Positions 10,990 through 22,455 of a DNA stretch of 64,000 nucleotides are shown here, in pieces (the first letter of the stretch is position 1; each line of letters starts with the position of its first letter). The DNA is taken from NCBI RefSeq assembly GCF_053078305.1, contig NZ_CP166879.1. One strand, 5' to 3'. The translations under genes and the position numbers were made by a program. Below the pieces are notes generated by a model. It saw only the letters and a list, made by a program, of their open reading frames with translations. It was not told the origin of the DNA and did not search any database.

Positions 10990-12225
10990 ATGATTACACA
11001 TTTTCGTCAAGCCATAGAAGAAGCGCTGCCCTGGCTTTCCTCTTTTGGCGCTGACCCAGCGGGTGGGATGACCCGTTTACTTTATTCGCCGGAATGGCTG
11101 GAAACCCAGCAGCAATTTAAAAAAAGAATGGCCGCAAGTGGGCTGGAAACACGTTTCGATGAAGTGGGGAATTTATACGGTCGCCTGAGTGGCACCGAAT
11201 ATCCACAGGAAGTGATTCTGAGCGGTTCGCATATCGATACCGTGGTTAACGGCGGTAACCTCGACGGGCAATTCGGCGCGCTGGCGGCGTGGCTGGCAAT
11301 TGACTGGCTGAAAACTCAATACGGCGCACCGCTGCGTACGGTTGAAGTGGTGGCGATGGCGGAAGAAGAAGGCAGCCGCTTCCCGTATGTTTTCTGGGGC
11401 AGTAAAAATATCTTTGGGCTGGCGAATCCTGACGACGTGCGGAATATCTGTGATGCCAAAGGAAATAGTTTTGTCGATGCGATGAAGGCTTGCGGATTTA
11501 CTCTGCCGGACGCCCCGCTAACTCCGCGTCAGGATATTAAAGCCTTTGTCGAACTGCATATCGAACAGGGCTGTGTTCTGGAAAGTAATGGGCAATCAAT
11601 TGGCGTGGTGAATGCAATTGTCGGGCAACGTCGCTATACGGTGACGCTGAACGGCGAATCAAACCATGCAGGCACCACGCCGATGGGTTATCGTCGTGAT
11701 ACGGTTTACGCTTTCAGTCGCATTTGCCATCAGTCGATCGAAAAAGCGAAAAAGATGGGTGATCCGCTGGTTCTGACCTTTGGGAAAGTAGAGCCGCGCC
11801 CGAATACGGTGAATGTGGTGCCGGGTAAAACCACGTTCACCATTGATTGTCGTCATACCGACGCCGCCGTGCTGCGTGATTTCACCCAACAGTTAGAAAA
11901 CGACATGCGGGCGATTTGCGATGAAATGGACATTGGTATTGATATCGATTTATGGATGGACGAAGAACCCGTGCCGATGAATAAGGACCTGGTCGCCACC
12001 CTGACAGAATTGTGTGAAAGTGAAAAACTGAATTACCGGGTGATGCACAGTGGTGCCGGGCACGACGCGCAAATTTTCGCGCCTCGCGTACCAACCTGCA
12101 TGATTTTTATCCCCAGCATCAACGGGATCAGCCATAACCCGGCGGAACGCACCAATATTACCGACCTTGCCGAAGGGGTCAAAACGTTGGCACTCATGCT
12201 TTATCAACTTGCCTGGCAGAAATAA
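10990..12225 (+). CDS. allC: Allantoate amidohydrolase
   Basis: 411 aa M20-peptidase-family hydrolase from ATG at 10990 (MITHFRQAIEEALP...). Confidence 0.93.
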   Translation: MITHFRQAIEEALPWLSSFGADPAGGMTRLLYSPEWLETQQQFKKRMAASGLETRFDEVGNLYGRLSGTEYPQEVILSGSHIDTVVNGGNLDGQFGALAAWLAIDWLKTQYGAPLRTVEVVAMAEEEGSRFPYVFWGSKNIFGLANPDDVRNICDAKGNSFVDAMKACGFTLPDAPLTPRQDIKAFVELHIEQGCVLESNGQSIGVVNAIVGQRRYTVTLNGESNHAGTTPMGYRRDTVYAFSRICHQSIEKAKKMGDPLVLTFGKVEPRPNTVNVVPGKTTFTIDCRHTDAAVLRDFTQQLENDMRAICDEMDIGIDIDLWMDEEPVPMNKDLVATLTELCESEKLNYRVMHSGAGHDAQIFAPRVPTCMIFIPSINGISHNPAERTNITDLAEGVKTLALMLYQLAWQK

Positions 12226-12235
12226 GGAGTCATAA

Positions 12236-13021
12236 ATGGGATATTTAAATAACGTCACCGGTTACCGCGATGATTTACTGGCTAACCGTGCGATTGTGAA
12301 ACACGGTAATTTCGCACTGTTAACACCAGACGGTCTGGTAAAAAATATTATTCCGGGCTTTGAAAATTGTGACGCGACAATCCTCTCCACGCCAAAGCTG
12401 GGTGCCTCTTTTGTTGATTATCTGGTCACACTGCATCAAAACGGTGGCAACCAACAGGGCTTCGGTGGCGAAGGCATTGAAACGTTCCTGTATGTGATCT
12501 CTGGAAATATCACTGCCAAAGCCGAAGGCAAAACATTTGCCTTAAGCGAAGGTGGCTATCTTTATTGCCCGCCAGGCTCCTTAATGACGTTTGTTAACGC
12601 CCAGGCCAAAGACAGCCAAATCTTTTTATATAAGCGCCGCTATGTTCCGGTAGAAGGCCATGCACCGTGGCTGGTTTTTGGCAATGCCAGCGAACTGGAA
12701 CGCATTCATTATGAAGGCATGGACGATGTTATTCTGCTGGATTTTCTGCCCAAAGAGTTAGGTTTTGATATGAACATGCATATCCTCTCTTTTGCACCAG
12801 GTGCCAGCCACGGTTATATCGAAACACATGTTCAGGAACACGGTGCCTATATTCTTTCCGGTCAGGGGGTTTATAACCTCGACAATAACTGGATCCCGGT
12901 GAAAAAAGGCGATTACATCTTTATGGGCGCTTATTCTTTACAGGCTGGTTATGGCGTAGGGCGTGGTGAAGCGTTCAGCTATATTTACTCGAAAGATTGC
13001 AACCGCGACGTAGAGATTTAA
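12236..13021 (+). CDS. allE: (S)-ureidoglycine aminohydrolase (cupin)
   Basis: 261 aa bicupin protein directly after allC. Confidence 0.92.
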   Translation: MGYLNNVTGYRDDLLANRAIVKHGNFALLTPDGLVKNIIPGFENCDATILSTPKLGASFVDYLVTLHQNGGNQQGFGGEGIETFLYVISGNITAKAEGKTFALSEGGYLYCPPGSLMTFVNAQAKDSQIFLYKRRYVPVEGHAPWLVFGNASELERIHYEGMDDVILLDFLPKELGFDMNMHILSFAPGASHGYIETHVQEHGAYILSGQGVYNLDNNWIPVKKGDYIFMGAYSLQAGYGVGRGEAFSYIYSKDCNRDVEI

Positions 13022-13063
13022 GTCATACCACTCGCCTGATTATTTTTAGCTATGTTGGATTTT

Positions 13064-13090
13064 GCCACGGTTTATACCGTGGCTTTTTTT
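13064..13090 (+). terminator. Rho-independent terminator after allDCE
   Basis: GC stem gccacgg-tttata-ccgtggc followed by a 7-T run. Confidence 0.6.
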
Positions 13091-13248
13091 GTAACATTGC
13101 CTGATGCGCTTCGCTTATCAGGCCTACATGATCTCTGCAATATATAGAATTTGCGCGATTTTCAGGAAGGATATAGTGCTCATGCAGCATCCGGCATGAG
13201 CACTGCGCTCTTATACGAAATAAATAGCATCCGCTTTAAAGGCAAGAG

Positions 13249-14394
13249 TCAGTTTTTAATTCCCTGACCTATTTTAATGGCGCAGGCAATATTTCGCGCG
13301 CTGTTGAAGAGATTGGTTTCACCGCTGGCGAGCACTTCGGCTAAAGGTGCCAGACGTGGCAAAATGCTGAATACCGCATCAATGCCGTACTGGTGCACCA
13401 CTTCCACGCCATCACCCAATACGCCAGCAATCCCAATCACCGGCACATTAAACTGCTTCGCCACCGACGCAACGCCCAGCGGCGCTTTACCGCCTGCCGT
13501 TTGCGAGTCAATGCGCCCTTCCCCGGTGATCACCAGTGCTGCCCCCTGCACCGCCTGCTCCAGGTTGACCGCCCGCAGTACAATCTCAATACCCGGTTTA
13601 ATATCCGCATTGAGGAATACCGCCGCCGCAATACCCATACCGCCCGCAGCGCCGCCGCCCGCCATCTGACAGACATTAATTTCAGTTTGCTGTTGTAAAA
13701 CACGGGCGTAATTTTGCAGCCCCTGTTCCAGCTCTTCGACCATTTCCGGCGTTGCCCCTTTTTGCGGGCCAAACACCGCCGCCGCGCCGCGTGCCCCTAC
13801 CAGCGGGTTATCAACGTCACATGCTACTTCAATATGGCAATTCGCCAGACGCGGATCGCATTCATCCATCTCAATGCTTGCCACGCGCGCTAAATTACCA
13901 CCGTTTGCCGCCAGCGCCTGACCGTCGGCATCAAGGAAACGCACACCGAGCGCCTGCGCCATGCCCATACCGCCGTCGACCGTCGCACTGCCGCCAATGC
14001 CGAGAATAATATGGCGAATGCCGTTATCCAGCGCATGACGAATTAACTCCCCCGTACCAAAACTGGAGGCCAGCAACGGATTACGCTTTTCAGGCGCGAC
14101 CAGCATCAGGCCACTTGCTGCCGCCATCTCAATCACCGCCGTTTTCCCGTCGCCGGTAATGCCATAAAAAGCATTCACTTTTTCGCCCATCGGCCCGCAG
14201 ACTTCAAGCGTCACGATGTTGCCGCCCGTCGCGGCGACCATCGCATCCACCGTCCCTTCGCCGCCATCCGCTATCGGCAAACAGATATAGTTCGCATCGG
14301 GAAAGAGGGTCGAAAACCCGGCTTTAATTGCCTGACAACATTTTTCTGCACTTAAGCTCTCTTTAAAAGAGTCTGGCGCAATGACAATCTTCAT
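13249..14394 (-). CDS. glxK: Glycerate kinase II
   Basis: 381 aa glycerate kinase from ATG at 14394 ([14 protein letters not shown]...); the track ORF starts at TTG two codons upstream. Confidence 0.93.
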   Translation of the reverse strand: MKIVIAPDSFKESLSAEKCCQAIKAGFSTLFPDANYICLPIADGGEGTVDAMVAATGGNIVTLEVCGPMGEKVNAFYGITGDGKTAVIEMAAASGLMLVAPEKRNPLLASSFGTGELIRHALDNGIRHIILGIGGSATVDGGMGMAQALGVRFLDADGQALAANGGNLARVASIEMDECDPRLANCHIEVACDVDNPLVGARGAAAVFGPQKGATPEMVEELEQGLQNYARVLQQQTEINVCQMAGGGAAGGMGIAAAVFLNADIKPGIEIVLRAVNLEQAVQGAALVITGEGRIDSQTAGGKAPLGVASVAKQFNVPVIGIAGVLGDGVEVVHQYGIDAVFSILPRLAPLAEVLASGETNLFNSARNIACAIKIGQGIKN

Positions 14395-14415
14395 TATCAA
14401 TCCTTTTTCAACAAA

Positions 14416-15717
14416 TTATTCGATGCGTTCCCACGGAATAAGGTTATCCATAAGAACAGCCAGTAAAATCCCGACCAATAAGCCGTTACTGAGCAGAGGA
14501 CGAAGCGTTAATGGAAGGTCTTGCAGATACACAGGCGGTAATGCCATTAAAAATATGCCGACAAATAACGGCAATGCGAGTCGATAAATATTGCGAGCGG
14601 TAAACGTTATTTGCTGGCTAAACACCAGCGCGGAAAAGAGTAAAGGTAGATAAGAAACCAGCATGACCGCACTACTCACGGGTAAAGGGATACTGCAAAA
14701 CAGTCGCGTGAGTGCAGGAACCAGCGCCACCAGCAGGCAAATAACGCTGCCATAAATAAACGAACGCCGCGTGTAATCGCCAGTCTGGGTTAATAAACCA
14801 ATGGATGAAACAAACGGTGAAAATGGAATTACCGCCAGCGGTACGGTTATCAGCGTCATAAATCCGGTCGCCACAAAGCTACGACGATAACGCGTATTCC
14901 CCGCGCCCTGCTGCGGATAAAAAACATCCGTGCCCCGAATCGCACCGTAGGTATTGCTGATATTCACCAGACCTGTAATCACCGCCGTCAGAATAATCCC
15001 CGGAGACAAAGCACCGCCACTGCCGAGCGGGAACCACTGCCAGTGCAACTCACCGGAGAGCGAATGCGAAGAAGGAAAGCAAAAGTACCACAACAACCAG
15101 CCGGTTATCGTACCGACCAGCAGACCATAACGAGCAAAACGTTGCGGCAGGAAAATAATCATCGCCAGTACCAGGCACATCACCGCCACCGAGAGCGCGA
15201 ACGGCGGTAACTGAATTTTAAAATTCGGGTCGGCTATGCCAAACGGCAGCCCGAGCATACCTTTGAAAAAGATAGTGGTCAGCTGCGCGCCCAGCATCAA
15301 CATAAACAAGACCATCACCGACGGCGTAAATAACCGCGCCAGGCGATGACCTAATCCGCTAAAACCAATCAACATCGTCAGCACGCCGGAGAGTGCAATC
15401 CCCACCGCCAGGCTGGTGGCGATATCGTTGATCGGTGTCCCGCGCGATGCTTCGCCAAGGGTGATAGTTAGGATGGTTCCCCACCACAGGCCCCCCGGCC
15501 CTTCCATAATAGCGCGACGATGGCCACAGAACGCCTGAGCGAAGCAGGCCAGTGCGGTAGCAAGAAAAGCATATTGCGTGAGCGTAAGCAGGCTACTTTG
15601 CGGCAACTGAAAAGCAGAAAGTAGCGTAGGAGGAACCACAACCGTGTTGCAAAAAATAAAGAAAAACCACTGAAATCCTGATAACAGGCTTTCGCGGCTG
15701 ACTGCAAAATTGAACAT
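14416..15717 (-). CDS. ybbY: Putative purine/nucleobase permease
   Basis: Polytopic membrane protein of about 433 aa; exact start among adjacent Met codons is uncertain. Confidence 0.85.
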   Translation of the reverse strand: MFNFAVSRESLLSGFQWFFFIFCNTVVVPPTLLSAFQLPQSSLLTLTQYAFLATALACFAQAFCGHRRAIMEGPGGLWWGTILTITLGEASRGTPINDIATSLAVGIALSGVLTMLIGFSGLGHRLARLFTPSVMVLFMLMLGAQLTTIFFKGMLGLPFGIADPNFKIQLPPFALSVAVMCLVLAMIIFLPQRFARYGLLVGTITGWLLWYFCFPSSHSLSGELHWQWFPLGSGGALSPGIILTAVITGLVNISNTYGAIRGTDVFYPQQGAGNTRYRRSFVATGFMTLITVPLAVIPFSPFVSSIGLLTQTGDYTRRSFIYGSVICLLVALVPALTRLFCSIPLPVSSAVMLVSYLPLLFSALVFSQQITFTARNIYRLALPLFVGIFLMALPPVYLQDLPLTLRPLLSNGLLVGILLAVLMDNLIPWERIE

Positions 15718-15773
15718 AAACACACCTTAACCGGAGAATGCCCGCCGCAAGGACGGGCATTGCAGGGGCCAGA

Positions 15774-17135
15774 TTACTGCTGATATTTAAGGATAAATTG
15801 ACCTTTCGGCGCAACAGGGAAGCCCTGTTCAATGTCGTAAATCACATCACCACGTAAGATGGTTTTCGTGATACGCGCGCCAATGGTACGGCCAACATAC
15901 GGGCTGACTTTGTGGCGATATTCCAGATCGTCATTGGTAAGAACATAGCTGCTATTCGGCTGAATGAAGACGAAGTCGGCATCTTTTCCTGGGGCGATAC
16001 GGCCTTTTTGCTGCAGACCGAAAATATCTGCTGCGTTAGTCGCCATTAATTTGCCGAACATTGGCAGAGACATTCCGCGTTTCTGTACCGCTTCATCGAA
16101 CATCACGTCCATACAGTTTTGCAGACCGGCAATACCGCCCCATGCTTCCATGATGTTGCCGGCTTTCATTTCCGGAGGGCATGGTGAGTGGTCGGAAACC
16201 AGGCAGTCGATTTCACCGTTAAACAGTTTTTCCCACATGCCTTTCTGGTTTTCCAGATCGCGGATCGGCGGTGAACACTTCGCCAGAGTACCGATTTCTT
16301 CGAACTGATCGGTATCCAGTACAAAGTAATGCGGGCAGGATTCACAAGTAACGTCCTGACCTTCCTGACGTGCACGAGTCACTTCTTCAACGCCTTCCGG
16401 GCTGCTGATATGGCAAACGTGCAGACGGCAACCGGCAACTTTCGCCAGATACAGCACGCGGCGAATCGCTTCCACTTCGGTAAATACCGGACGCGAAGCC
16501 ACATAGTCATGTGCAGTTACGCGACCTTCACGTTTCGCTTCTTCGCCCAGTGCGTCACAGATCAGCGCGTTTTCGCAGTGCACCAGCACCGGCTGCCCCA
16601 GTTCGCCCAGCTTCTGCGCACCTTTGAAGAACTGCCAGTCGTTTACATCACGGAAGTCGTTGTCGATACCGCGATCGCCACAGGTCGCAACGAAGCATTT
16701 GAAGCCGACAACGCCCACTTCATCCAGCTCATGCAGACGGTCGATGTTGTAAGACACCAGGCCACCGAGTTGTGCCGCATCGATAGTCAGCTTGCCTTTA
16801 GCGGCATCGAACTTCAGTTCAATTGAAGCGCGGTCAACCGTTGCAGGCAGCTGGTTGAGCGGCATTTCGATCATGGTGGTGATACCACCTTTTGCCGCTG
16901 CGCGAGTACCGGTTTCATAACCTTCCCAGTGGCTACGACCCGGTTCAGAAATATGGGTGTGCGCATCAACCATGCCCGGCGAAACCACCAGACCAGACGC
17001 ATCCATAACTTCTTTTGCATCGCCCAGATCCTGACCGATAGCAGCAATTTTGCCGCCTTTAACGGCGATATCTATAACGCGAGCTTCGTTTTCTAAAATA
17101 ACGGTGCCGTTTTTAATGATTAAATCAAAAGACAT
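15774..17135 (-). CDS. allB: Allantoinase
   Basis: 453 aa cyclic amidohydrolase with metal-binding His motif (VDAHTHI). Confidence 0.96.
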   Translation of the reverse strand: MSFDLIIKNGTVILENEARVIDIAVKGGKIAAIGQDLGDAKEVMDASGLVVSPGMVDAHTHISEPGRSHWEGYETGTRAAAKGGITTMIEMPLNQLPATVDRASIELKFDAAKGKLTIDAAQLGGLVSYNIDRLHELDEVGVVGFKCFVATCGDRGIDNDFRDVNDWQFFKGAQKLGELGQPVLVHCENALICDALGEEAKREGRVTAHDYVASRPVFTEVEAIRRVLYLAKVAGCRLHVCHISSPEGVEEVTRARQEGQDVTCESCPHYFVLDTDQFEEIGTLAKCSPPIRDLENQKGMWEKLFNGEIDCLVSDHSPCPPEMKAGNIMEAWGGIAGLQNCMDVMFDEAVQKRGMSLPMFGKLMATNAADIFGLQQKGRIAPGKDADFVFIQPNSSYVLTNDDLEYRHKVSPYVGRTIGARITKTILRGDVIYDIEQGFPVAPKGQFILKYQQ

Positions 17136-17194
17136 AACAAACTCCTTGTAAAATACAGATTGGTTTTTAACTCAATGTTCAATATCGGGATTAA

Positions 17195-18649
17195 TTAACC
17201 TATTGTTTTTTGCTCTCCTGTTTTTTCTGCTGTTGTACGTTTCTTTAATAAGGCGTAGGCCGCAAAGGCGACGATGACGCCGACAAACCATGAAACACGC
17301 GATAACGGTTCCATTAAGGGAATAAACTTACCGCCAAGAGATAAAATAACGGCGACTAGAGTTACTGAAAACGCGGTGAGGTTAAAACCGTTATCGTAAT
17401 ATTTATAATCACCTGGTGCGGTGTACAGTTCATCAAGATTAATTTGCCCACGCATCACCACAAAATAATGCGCCATCATGACACCAATTACCGGACCAAG
17501 CATTCCGCCGATAATATCGAGGAACAGATAAATACTGTCCTGATTTTCCATTAATTTCCACGGGCAGATCAGCAGGCTGATAATACTGGCAATCAGTACG
17601 CCGTTTTTATAGGTCAGTTTTGTCGGTGCAATGGCAGCAATCTGATAACCGGCCGGAATAATATTACCGGTGGCGTTAGTGGAGATAGTCGTCATCAGAA
17701 TAACCAGTACCGCAAAGAACGAGGCGAACAAGCTGTCCCAACGCTGAACAATATCCAGCACGTTCCAGGTGTCAGCGCCGTAATGAATACTGGCTCCGGC
17801 AATAATACATACCCCCGCGACCGCAAACAGAATATAGGCCACAACTAAACCCAGCGTTTGCCCCAGCGCTTGCTCACGAAACGAGTGGGCGTTTTGCGTA
17901 AAGTCGGATGCGCTCACCGCCGGTGCCGCCCAGACCGCAACTACCGCGTTAATCACCACCAGGAACAAGAATCCACTGTTTTCTGCTTTCTGAATACCGC
18001 TCGGAATGTAGTCAAAGATTGGACCGAGCCCGACCAGTGAAATCGCCCAAATCGCCATACCGCCGAAAACGATATAGATGCACGGGTTAAGAATGGCAGT
18101 GAATTTATTTAAAACTTTGCCACCGCCAAAACCTATACCAACGTTGACCAGCCAGAAGAGTAAGAAAGTAATTAAGCCCGGTAGAGAAAGGCCTAACAGA
18201 GTGAAATCACCACCGAGAGTCAAAAATCCCGGCCAGATTTTGCCAATCAGAATCAAGCAGGCCAGTGACCCCGCGTAACATTGCAGGCCAAACCACATAA
18301 TGGCAGCAATACCGCCTCTTAATAATCCGGGAAACAGTGCGCCACGTACGCCGTAAGAAGCACGCAGGATCATGGCAAACGGTACGCCGTATTTACTGCC
18401 CGCAGCACCGTTTAATACCATTACCGCGGCAATGAAAAAGGCGCTGAGGATAATTGCCAACATAATACTAAAGGTAGACAAGCCGAGAATAAAAAAGCCG
18501 CCGACCATCACATAATTGGGAACGTTATGAACCGAACCCATCCATAAGGTAAAATAGTTAAATGTTTTCCAGGTCCGCTGGCTTTGCGTTTTCGGCAATA
18601 GATCTTCGCTATAGCCGCGTTGCTGGAATAGTTTTCTCTGATGTTCCAT
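17195..18649 (-). CDS. ybbW: Allantoin permease (NCS1 family)
   Basis: 484 aa polytopic transporter. Confidence 0.93.
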   Translation of the reverse strand: MEHQRKLFQQRGYSEDLLPKTQSQRTWKTFNYFTLWMGSVHNVPNYVMVGGFFILGLSTFSIMLAIILSAFFIAAVMVLNGAAGSKYGVPFAMILRASYGVRGALFPGLLRGGIAAIMWFGLQCYAGSLACLILIGKIWPGFLTLGGDFTLLGLSLPGLITFLLFWLVNVGIGFGGGKVLNKFTAILNPCIYIVFGGMAIWAISLVGLGPIFDYIPSGIQKAENSGFLFLVVINAVVAVWAAPAVSASDFTQNAHSFREQALGQTLGLVVAYILFAVAGVCIIAGASIHYGADTWNVLDIVQRWDSLFASFFAVLVILMTTISTNATGNIIPAGYQIAAIAPTKLTYKNGVLIASIISLLICPWKLMENQDSIYLFLDIIGGMLGPVIGVMMAHYFVVMRGQINLDELYTAPGDYKYYDNGFNLTAFSVTLVAVILSLGGKFIPLMEPLSRVSWFVGVIVAFAAYALLKKRTTAEKTGEQKTIG

Positions 18650-18786
18650 AAATCCCTCTTAATTTCACGTATCGAATAACGTTGTTTTAATCTAGCTATG
18701 AGGAACAAATAAAATAAAAATATTATTTTTAATACTGAAGCAACATCTTTGGCTGCTTTCTTTTTTAATATTGCTGGCCGATTCAT
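18508..18786 (-). CDS. ybbV: Small hypothetical ORF overlapping the ybbW 5' end (ybbV-like)
   Basis: 92 aa ORF in the position of K-12 ybbV; overlaps the ybbW start; coding status doubtful. Confidence 0.3.
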   Translation of the reverse strand: MNRPAILKKKAAKDVASVLKIIFLFYLFLIARLKQRYSIREIKRDLWNIRENYSSNAAIAKIYCRKRKASGPGKHLTILPYGWVRFITFPIM

Positions 18787-18817
18787 ATTCTGATATCGGC
18801 CATTTTTATTGCGGGTA

Positions 18818-19696
18818 TCAGGCCAGTTTATGATTCGCCATTAATTCCAGCGCCTGCACTAACGCAGAGTGATCCAACTGGCTGCCACCGTTTGCCGCAC
18901 AGGTATTAAATAACTCCTGGCAGGTCGCGGTGTTTGGCAGATTCAGCGCCAGTGTCTTCGCACTTTGCAGTGCCAGGTTGAGATCTTTCTGGTGCAGCGC
19001 AATTTTGAAACCTGGATTAAAGGTGCGTTTAATCATGCGCTCACCGTGAACTTCCAGAATACGTGAGGAAGCAAAGCCGCCCATCAGCGCCTGGCGCACA
19101 CGTACCGGGTCTGCACCGGCTTTTGAAGCAAACAGCAGAGCTTCAGAGACCGCTTCAATATTGAGCGCTACGATAATCTGATTTGCCACTTTGCAGGTTT
19201 GACCGTCGCCGTTACCGCCCACAAGGGTGATATTTTTACCGAGCAGTTCAAACAGCGGTTTAACACGTTCAAATACCGCTTCGTCACCGCCAACCATAAT
19301 TGACAACGTCCCTTCACGCGCGCCGATTTCGCCGCCGGAGACTGGCGCATCGAGATAACCACCGCCCAGTTCATTCACCTGACGAGCGAAACGTTTAGTT
19401 TCAATCGGGGAAATGGAGCTCATATCAACAATGGTTTTGCCCTTCAGCGAGGCTTTGGTACAACCATTTTCACCGAACAGAACTTCTTCAACCTGTGGTG
19501 TATCCGGCACCATAATAAAAATGATGTCCGATGCTTCCGTTACCTGGTGCGCAGTTTCAACACTGACGGCACCCAGTGACAGTAATTCATCAGCAACCGG
19601 ACCAATGGTTGTGACATGCAGTTGATGACCGGCACGCGCCAGATTAATGGCCATCGGTGTACCCATAATGCCTAAGCCAATAAATCCCAGTTTCAT
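18818..19696 (-). CDS. glxR: Tartronate semialdehyde reductase
   Basis: 292 aa with N-terminal NAD-binding GxGxxG (GLGIMG). Confidence 0.95.
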   Translation of the reverse strand: MKLGFIGLGIMGTPMAINLARAGHQLHVTTIGPVADELLSLGAVSVETAHQVTEASDIIFIMVPDTPQVEEVLFGENGCTKASLKGKTIVDMSSISPIETKRFARQVNELGGGYLDAPVSGGEIGAREGTLSIMVGGDEAVFERVKPLFELLGKNITLVGGNGDGQTCKVANQIIVALNIEAVSEALLFASKAGADPVRVRQALMGGFASSRILEVHGERMIKRTFNPGFKIALHQKDLNLALQSAKTLALNLPNTATCQELFNTCAANGGSQLDHSALVQALELMANHKLA

Positions 19697-19795
19697 AATT
19701 AACCTCTTTTAAATTTTGCTTTTCCTGGATTCAGACAACACGATCCCCTGCCAACTTAGCGGCCTAAAAAAGCATTGCCTGAACAGCGTTACGTT

Positions 19796-20572
19796 TTAAC
19801 GGTACGGATCCATCCAGCGTAAACCGGCTTCCGTGGTGGTTTGGGGTTTATATTCACAACCAACCCAACCGTTGTAGTCAGAATTTTCGATTACCTTAAA
19901 GAGATAATCATAATTAATTTCTCCGGTCCCCGGTTCGCCGCGATGCGGATTATCGGCAATTTGCAGGTGACCAATTTTATCAGCCCATTGCGTCATAGTG
20001 TTGGTTAATTCACCTTCCATCCGCTGCATGTGATAAATGTCATACTGAATTTTCAAATTGCAGCAACCAACATCATCAATCAATTTCAGCGCCTGCCGAG
20101 TTCCGGTGAGATGGAAACCAGGAATATCAAAATGGTTAATAGGTTCAATCAGTAATAAAATATCTTCTTTCATCAGCATATTCGCGGCATAACGCAGGTT
20201 TTCTACAAGCGTTGCGTGAATCTGTTCACTGCTGAAACCAGTCGGCGTTTTACCGACCAGACAGTTAATTTTTTTATTACCCAGCGCACGAGCATAACGA
20301 ATCGCTGCTGCTACGCCATCCCGAAACTCTTCTTCACGGCCAGGAATACAGGCAATACCCCGCTCGCCCGCCGCCCAGTCACCTGCCGGTAAATTGTGCA
20401 GCGTATGTTCGAGTTTATTATTCGCCAGCACCCGTTTTAATTCTTCAATGTCGTAGTCATAAGGAAACATAAATTCAACGCCGCGAAAACCACACTGCGC
20501 AGCTTTCTCAAAACGGGCGAGAAAATCATATTCACCAAATAACATCGATAAATTAGCAGAGAAACGTAACAT
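19796..20572 (-). CDS. hyi: Hydroxypyruvate isomerase
   Basis: 258 aa TIM-barrel xylose-isomerase-like protein. Confidence 0.95.
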   Translation of the reverse strand: MLRFSANLSMLFGEYDFLARFEKAAQCGFRGVEFMFPYDYDIEELKRVLANNKLEHTLHNLPAGDWAAGERGIACIPGREEEFRDGVAAAIRYARALGNKKINCLVGKTPTGFSSEQIHATLVENLRYAANMLMKEDILLLIEPINHFDIPGFHLTGTRQALKLIDDVGCCNLKIQYDIYHMQRMEGELTNTMTQWADKIGHLQIADNPHRGEPGTGEINYDYLFKVIENSDYNGWVGCEYKPQTTTEAGLRWMDPYR

Positions 20573-20584
20573 TATTTATCTCCC

Positions 20585-22366
20585 TTATTCATAGTGCATG
20601 AAGCAGGTTTCAGTCGGTGCATCCGCTGCGTTATCGGCGATATCTTCAAATTCCATGACGTTATCCAGTTCGCTGCCCATCGAAATATTGGTCACACGCT
20701 CGAGAATAACTTCCACGACTACCGGTACCCGATATTGCGCCATTAAGGCTTTCGCCTGTTCAAAGGCCGGTGCAATATCTTCCGGTTTGAAGACGCGAAT
20801 CGCTTTACAACCTAAACCTTCCGCTACTTTTACGTGGTCGACGCCGTAACCGTTCACTTCGCTGGAGTTGATATTCTCGAAAGCGAGTTGCACGCAGTAG
20901 TCCATGTCAAAGGCGCGTTGTGACTGACGAATCAGGCCGAGATAGGCGTTATTCACCAGCACATGGATGTACGGAATGTTGAACTGCGCGCCAACAGCTA
21001 ACTCTTCAATCAGGAACTGGAAGTCGAAGTCACCGGAAATCGCCACCACATTGCGTTTCGGATCAGCGGCACAAACCCCCAGCGCCGCCGGAATCGTCCA
21101 GCCTAACGGACCAGCCTGACCACAGTTGATCCAGTGGCGGTCTTTAAAGACATGCAGCATTTGTGCCGCAGCGATTTGTGACAGGCCAATGGTGGTGACA
21201 TAACAAACATCGCGACCAAAGGCTTTGTTCATCTCTTCATACACGCGCTGCGGTTTCACCGGCACGTTGTCGAAGTGGGTTTTGCGCAGCAAAGTGCGTT
21301 TGCGCTGCTGGCAGTCGGCGACCCATTCTTTACGACACGGCAGACGACCCGCTTTTTGCATCTCCTGCGCCACTTCAACCAGCAGTGTCAGCGCCGCTTT
21401 AGCATCAGAGACAATGCCGAGATCCGGACACAGCACGCGACCAATTTGCGTCGGCTCAATATCGATATGAACGATTTTGCGCCCTTCGGTGTATTTCTCT
21501 ACCGAACCGGTATGACGGTTAGCAAAACGGTTACCGATACCAAACACCATGTCGGACGCCAGCAACGTTGCGTTACCGTAACGATGCGCGGTTTGCAGAC
21601 CGACCATCCCGGCCATCAGTTCATGATCGTCCGGGATACAGCCCCAGCCCATCAGCGTTGGGATCACCGGAACGCTGGTCAGTTCAGCAAACTGTTGTAA
21701 CAGTGCAGCTGCGTCAGCATTGATTACCCCGCCCCCGGCAACAATCACCGGACGTTCGGCCTGGATTAACATTTCTACAGCTTTTTCGATCTGCATACGG
21801 CTGGCAGCAGGTTTGTAGACCGGCAGCGGTTCGTACATGTCAGGATCAAACTCGATTTCCGTAACCTGAACGTCGAACGGTAAATCCACCAGTACCGGAC
21901 CCGGACGACCAGAACGCATCAGGTGAAATGCCTGTTGCAGCACGCGAGGCACCAGCGCCGCTTCACGTACTGTAACCGCCATTTTGCTGACCGGTTTAGC
22001 AATTGCTTCAATATCTACGGCCTGAAAATCTTCTTTATGCAGACGGGCGCGCGGAGCCTGGCCGGTAATGCACAGAATAGGAATGGAATCAGCAGAAGCA
22101 GAATAGAGCGCGGTGATCATGTCCGTGCCCGCAGGACCGGAAGTCCCCAGACATACGCCGATATTCCCTGCCGTTGCGCGGGTATAACCTTCCGCCATGT
22201 GCGAAGCACCTTCCACATGACGCGCCAGAATGTGACGAATACCGCCGTGCTTACGCATCGCTGAGTAGAACGGATTGATTGCAGCTCCCGGAACACCGAA
22301 GGCGGTGGTGATACCTTCTTTCTCCAGCACATACATTGCCGCGTCAACGGCTCTCATTTTTGCCAT
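20585..22366 (-). CDS. gcl: Glyoxylate carboligase
   Basis: 593 aa ThDP enzyme from ATG at 22366 ([18 protein letters not shown]...); the 30-codon upstream extension in the track is rejected because it spans the promoter and operator. Confidence 0.95.
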   Translation of the reverse strand: MAKMRAVDAAMYVLEKEGITTAFGVPGAAINPFYSAMRKHGGIRHILARHVEGASHMAEGYTRATAGNIGVCLGTSGPAGTDMITALYSASADSIPILCITGQAPRARLHKEDFQAVDIEAIAKPVSKMAVTVREAALVPRVLQQAFHLMRSGRPGPVLVDLPFDVQVTEIEFDPDMYEPLPVYKPAASRMQIEKAVEMLIQAERPVIVAGGGVINADAAALLQQFAELTSVPVIPTLMGWGCIPDDHELMAGMVGLQTAHRYGNATLLASDMVFGIGNRFANRHTGSVEKYTEGRKIVHIDIEPTQIGRVLCPDLGIVSDAKAALTLLVEVAQEMQKAGRLPCRKEWVADCQQRKRTLLRKTHFDNVPVKPQRVYEEMNKAFGRDVCYVTTIGLSQIAAAQMLHVFKDRHWINCGQAGPLGWTIPAALGVCAADPKRNVVAISGDFDFQFLIEELAVGAQFNIPYIHVLVNNAYLGLIRQSQRAFDMDYCVQLAFENINSSEVNGYGVDHVKVAEGLGCKAIRVFKPEDIAPAFEQAKALMAQYRVPVVVEVILERVTNISMGSELDNVMEFEDIADNAADAPTETCFMHYE

Positions 22367-22387
22367 TTTATTCCTACCTCTATTTAT

Positions 22388-22404
22388 TGGAAAAATTTTC
22401 CAAC
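22388..22404. promoter_or_regulatory. Candidate AllR operator in the gcl promoter
   Basis: Perfect palindrome ttggaaaa-a-ttttccaa between the allR terminator and the gcl start. Confidence 0.55.
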
Positions 22405-22418
22405 TTTCAAATTTTGTC

Positions 22419-22443
22419 AAAAAAACCCGCTCCGCAGAGCGGG
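22419..22443 (-). terminator. Rho-independent terminator downstream of allR
   Basis: On the minus strand, stem cccgctctgcggagcggg followed by a 7-U run. Confidence 0.5.
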
Positions 22444-22455
22444 ATGCGACAGACA

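Noticed and set aside
18775-18808. Hairpin ggccgattcatattctgatatcggcc followed by a T-run, between glxR and ybbW
   Set aside because: The T-run follows the stem only on the plus strand while the flanking operon is minus-strand, so it is unlikely to terminate the gcl operon transcript; it may be a plus-strand or structural element.
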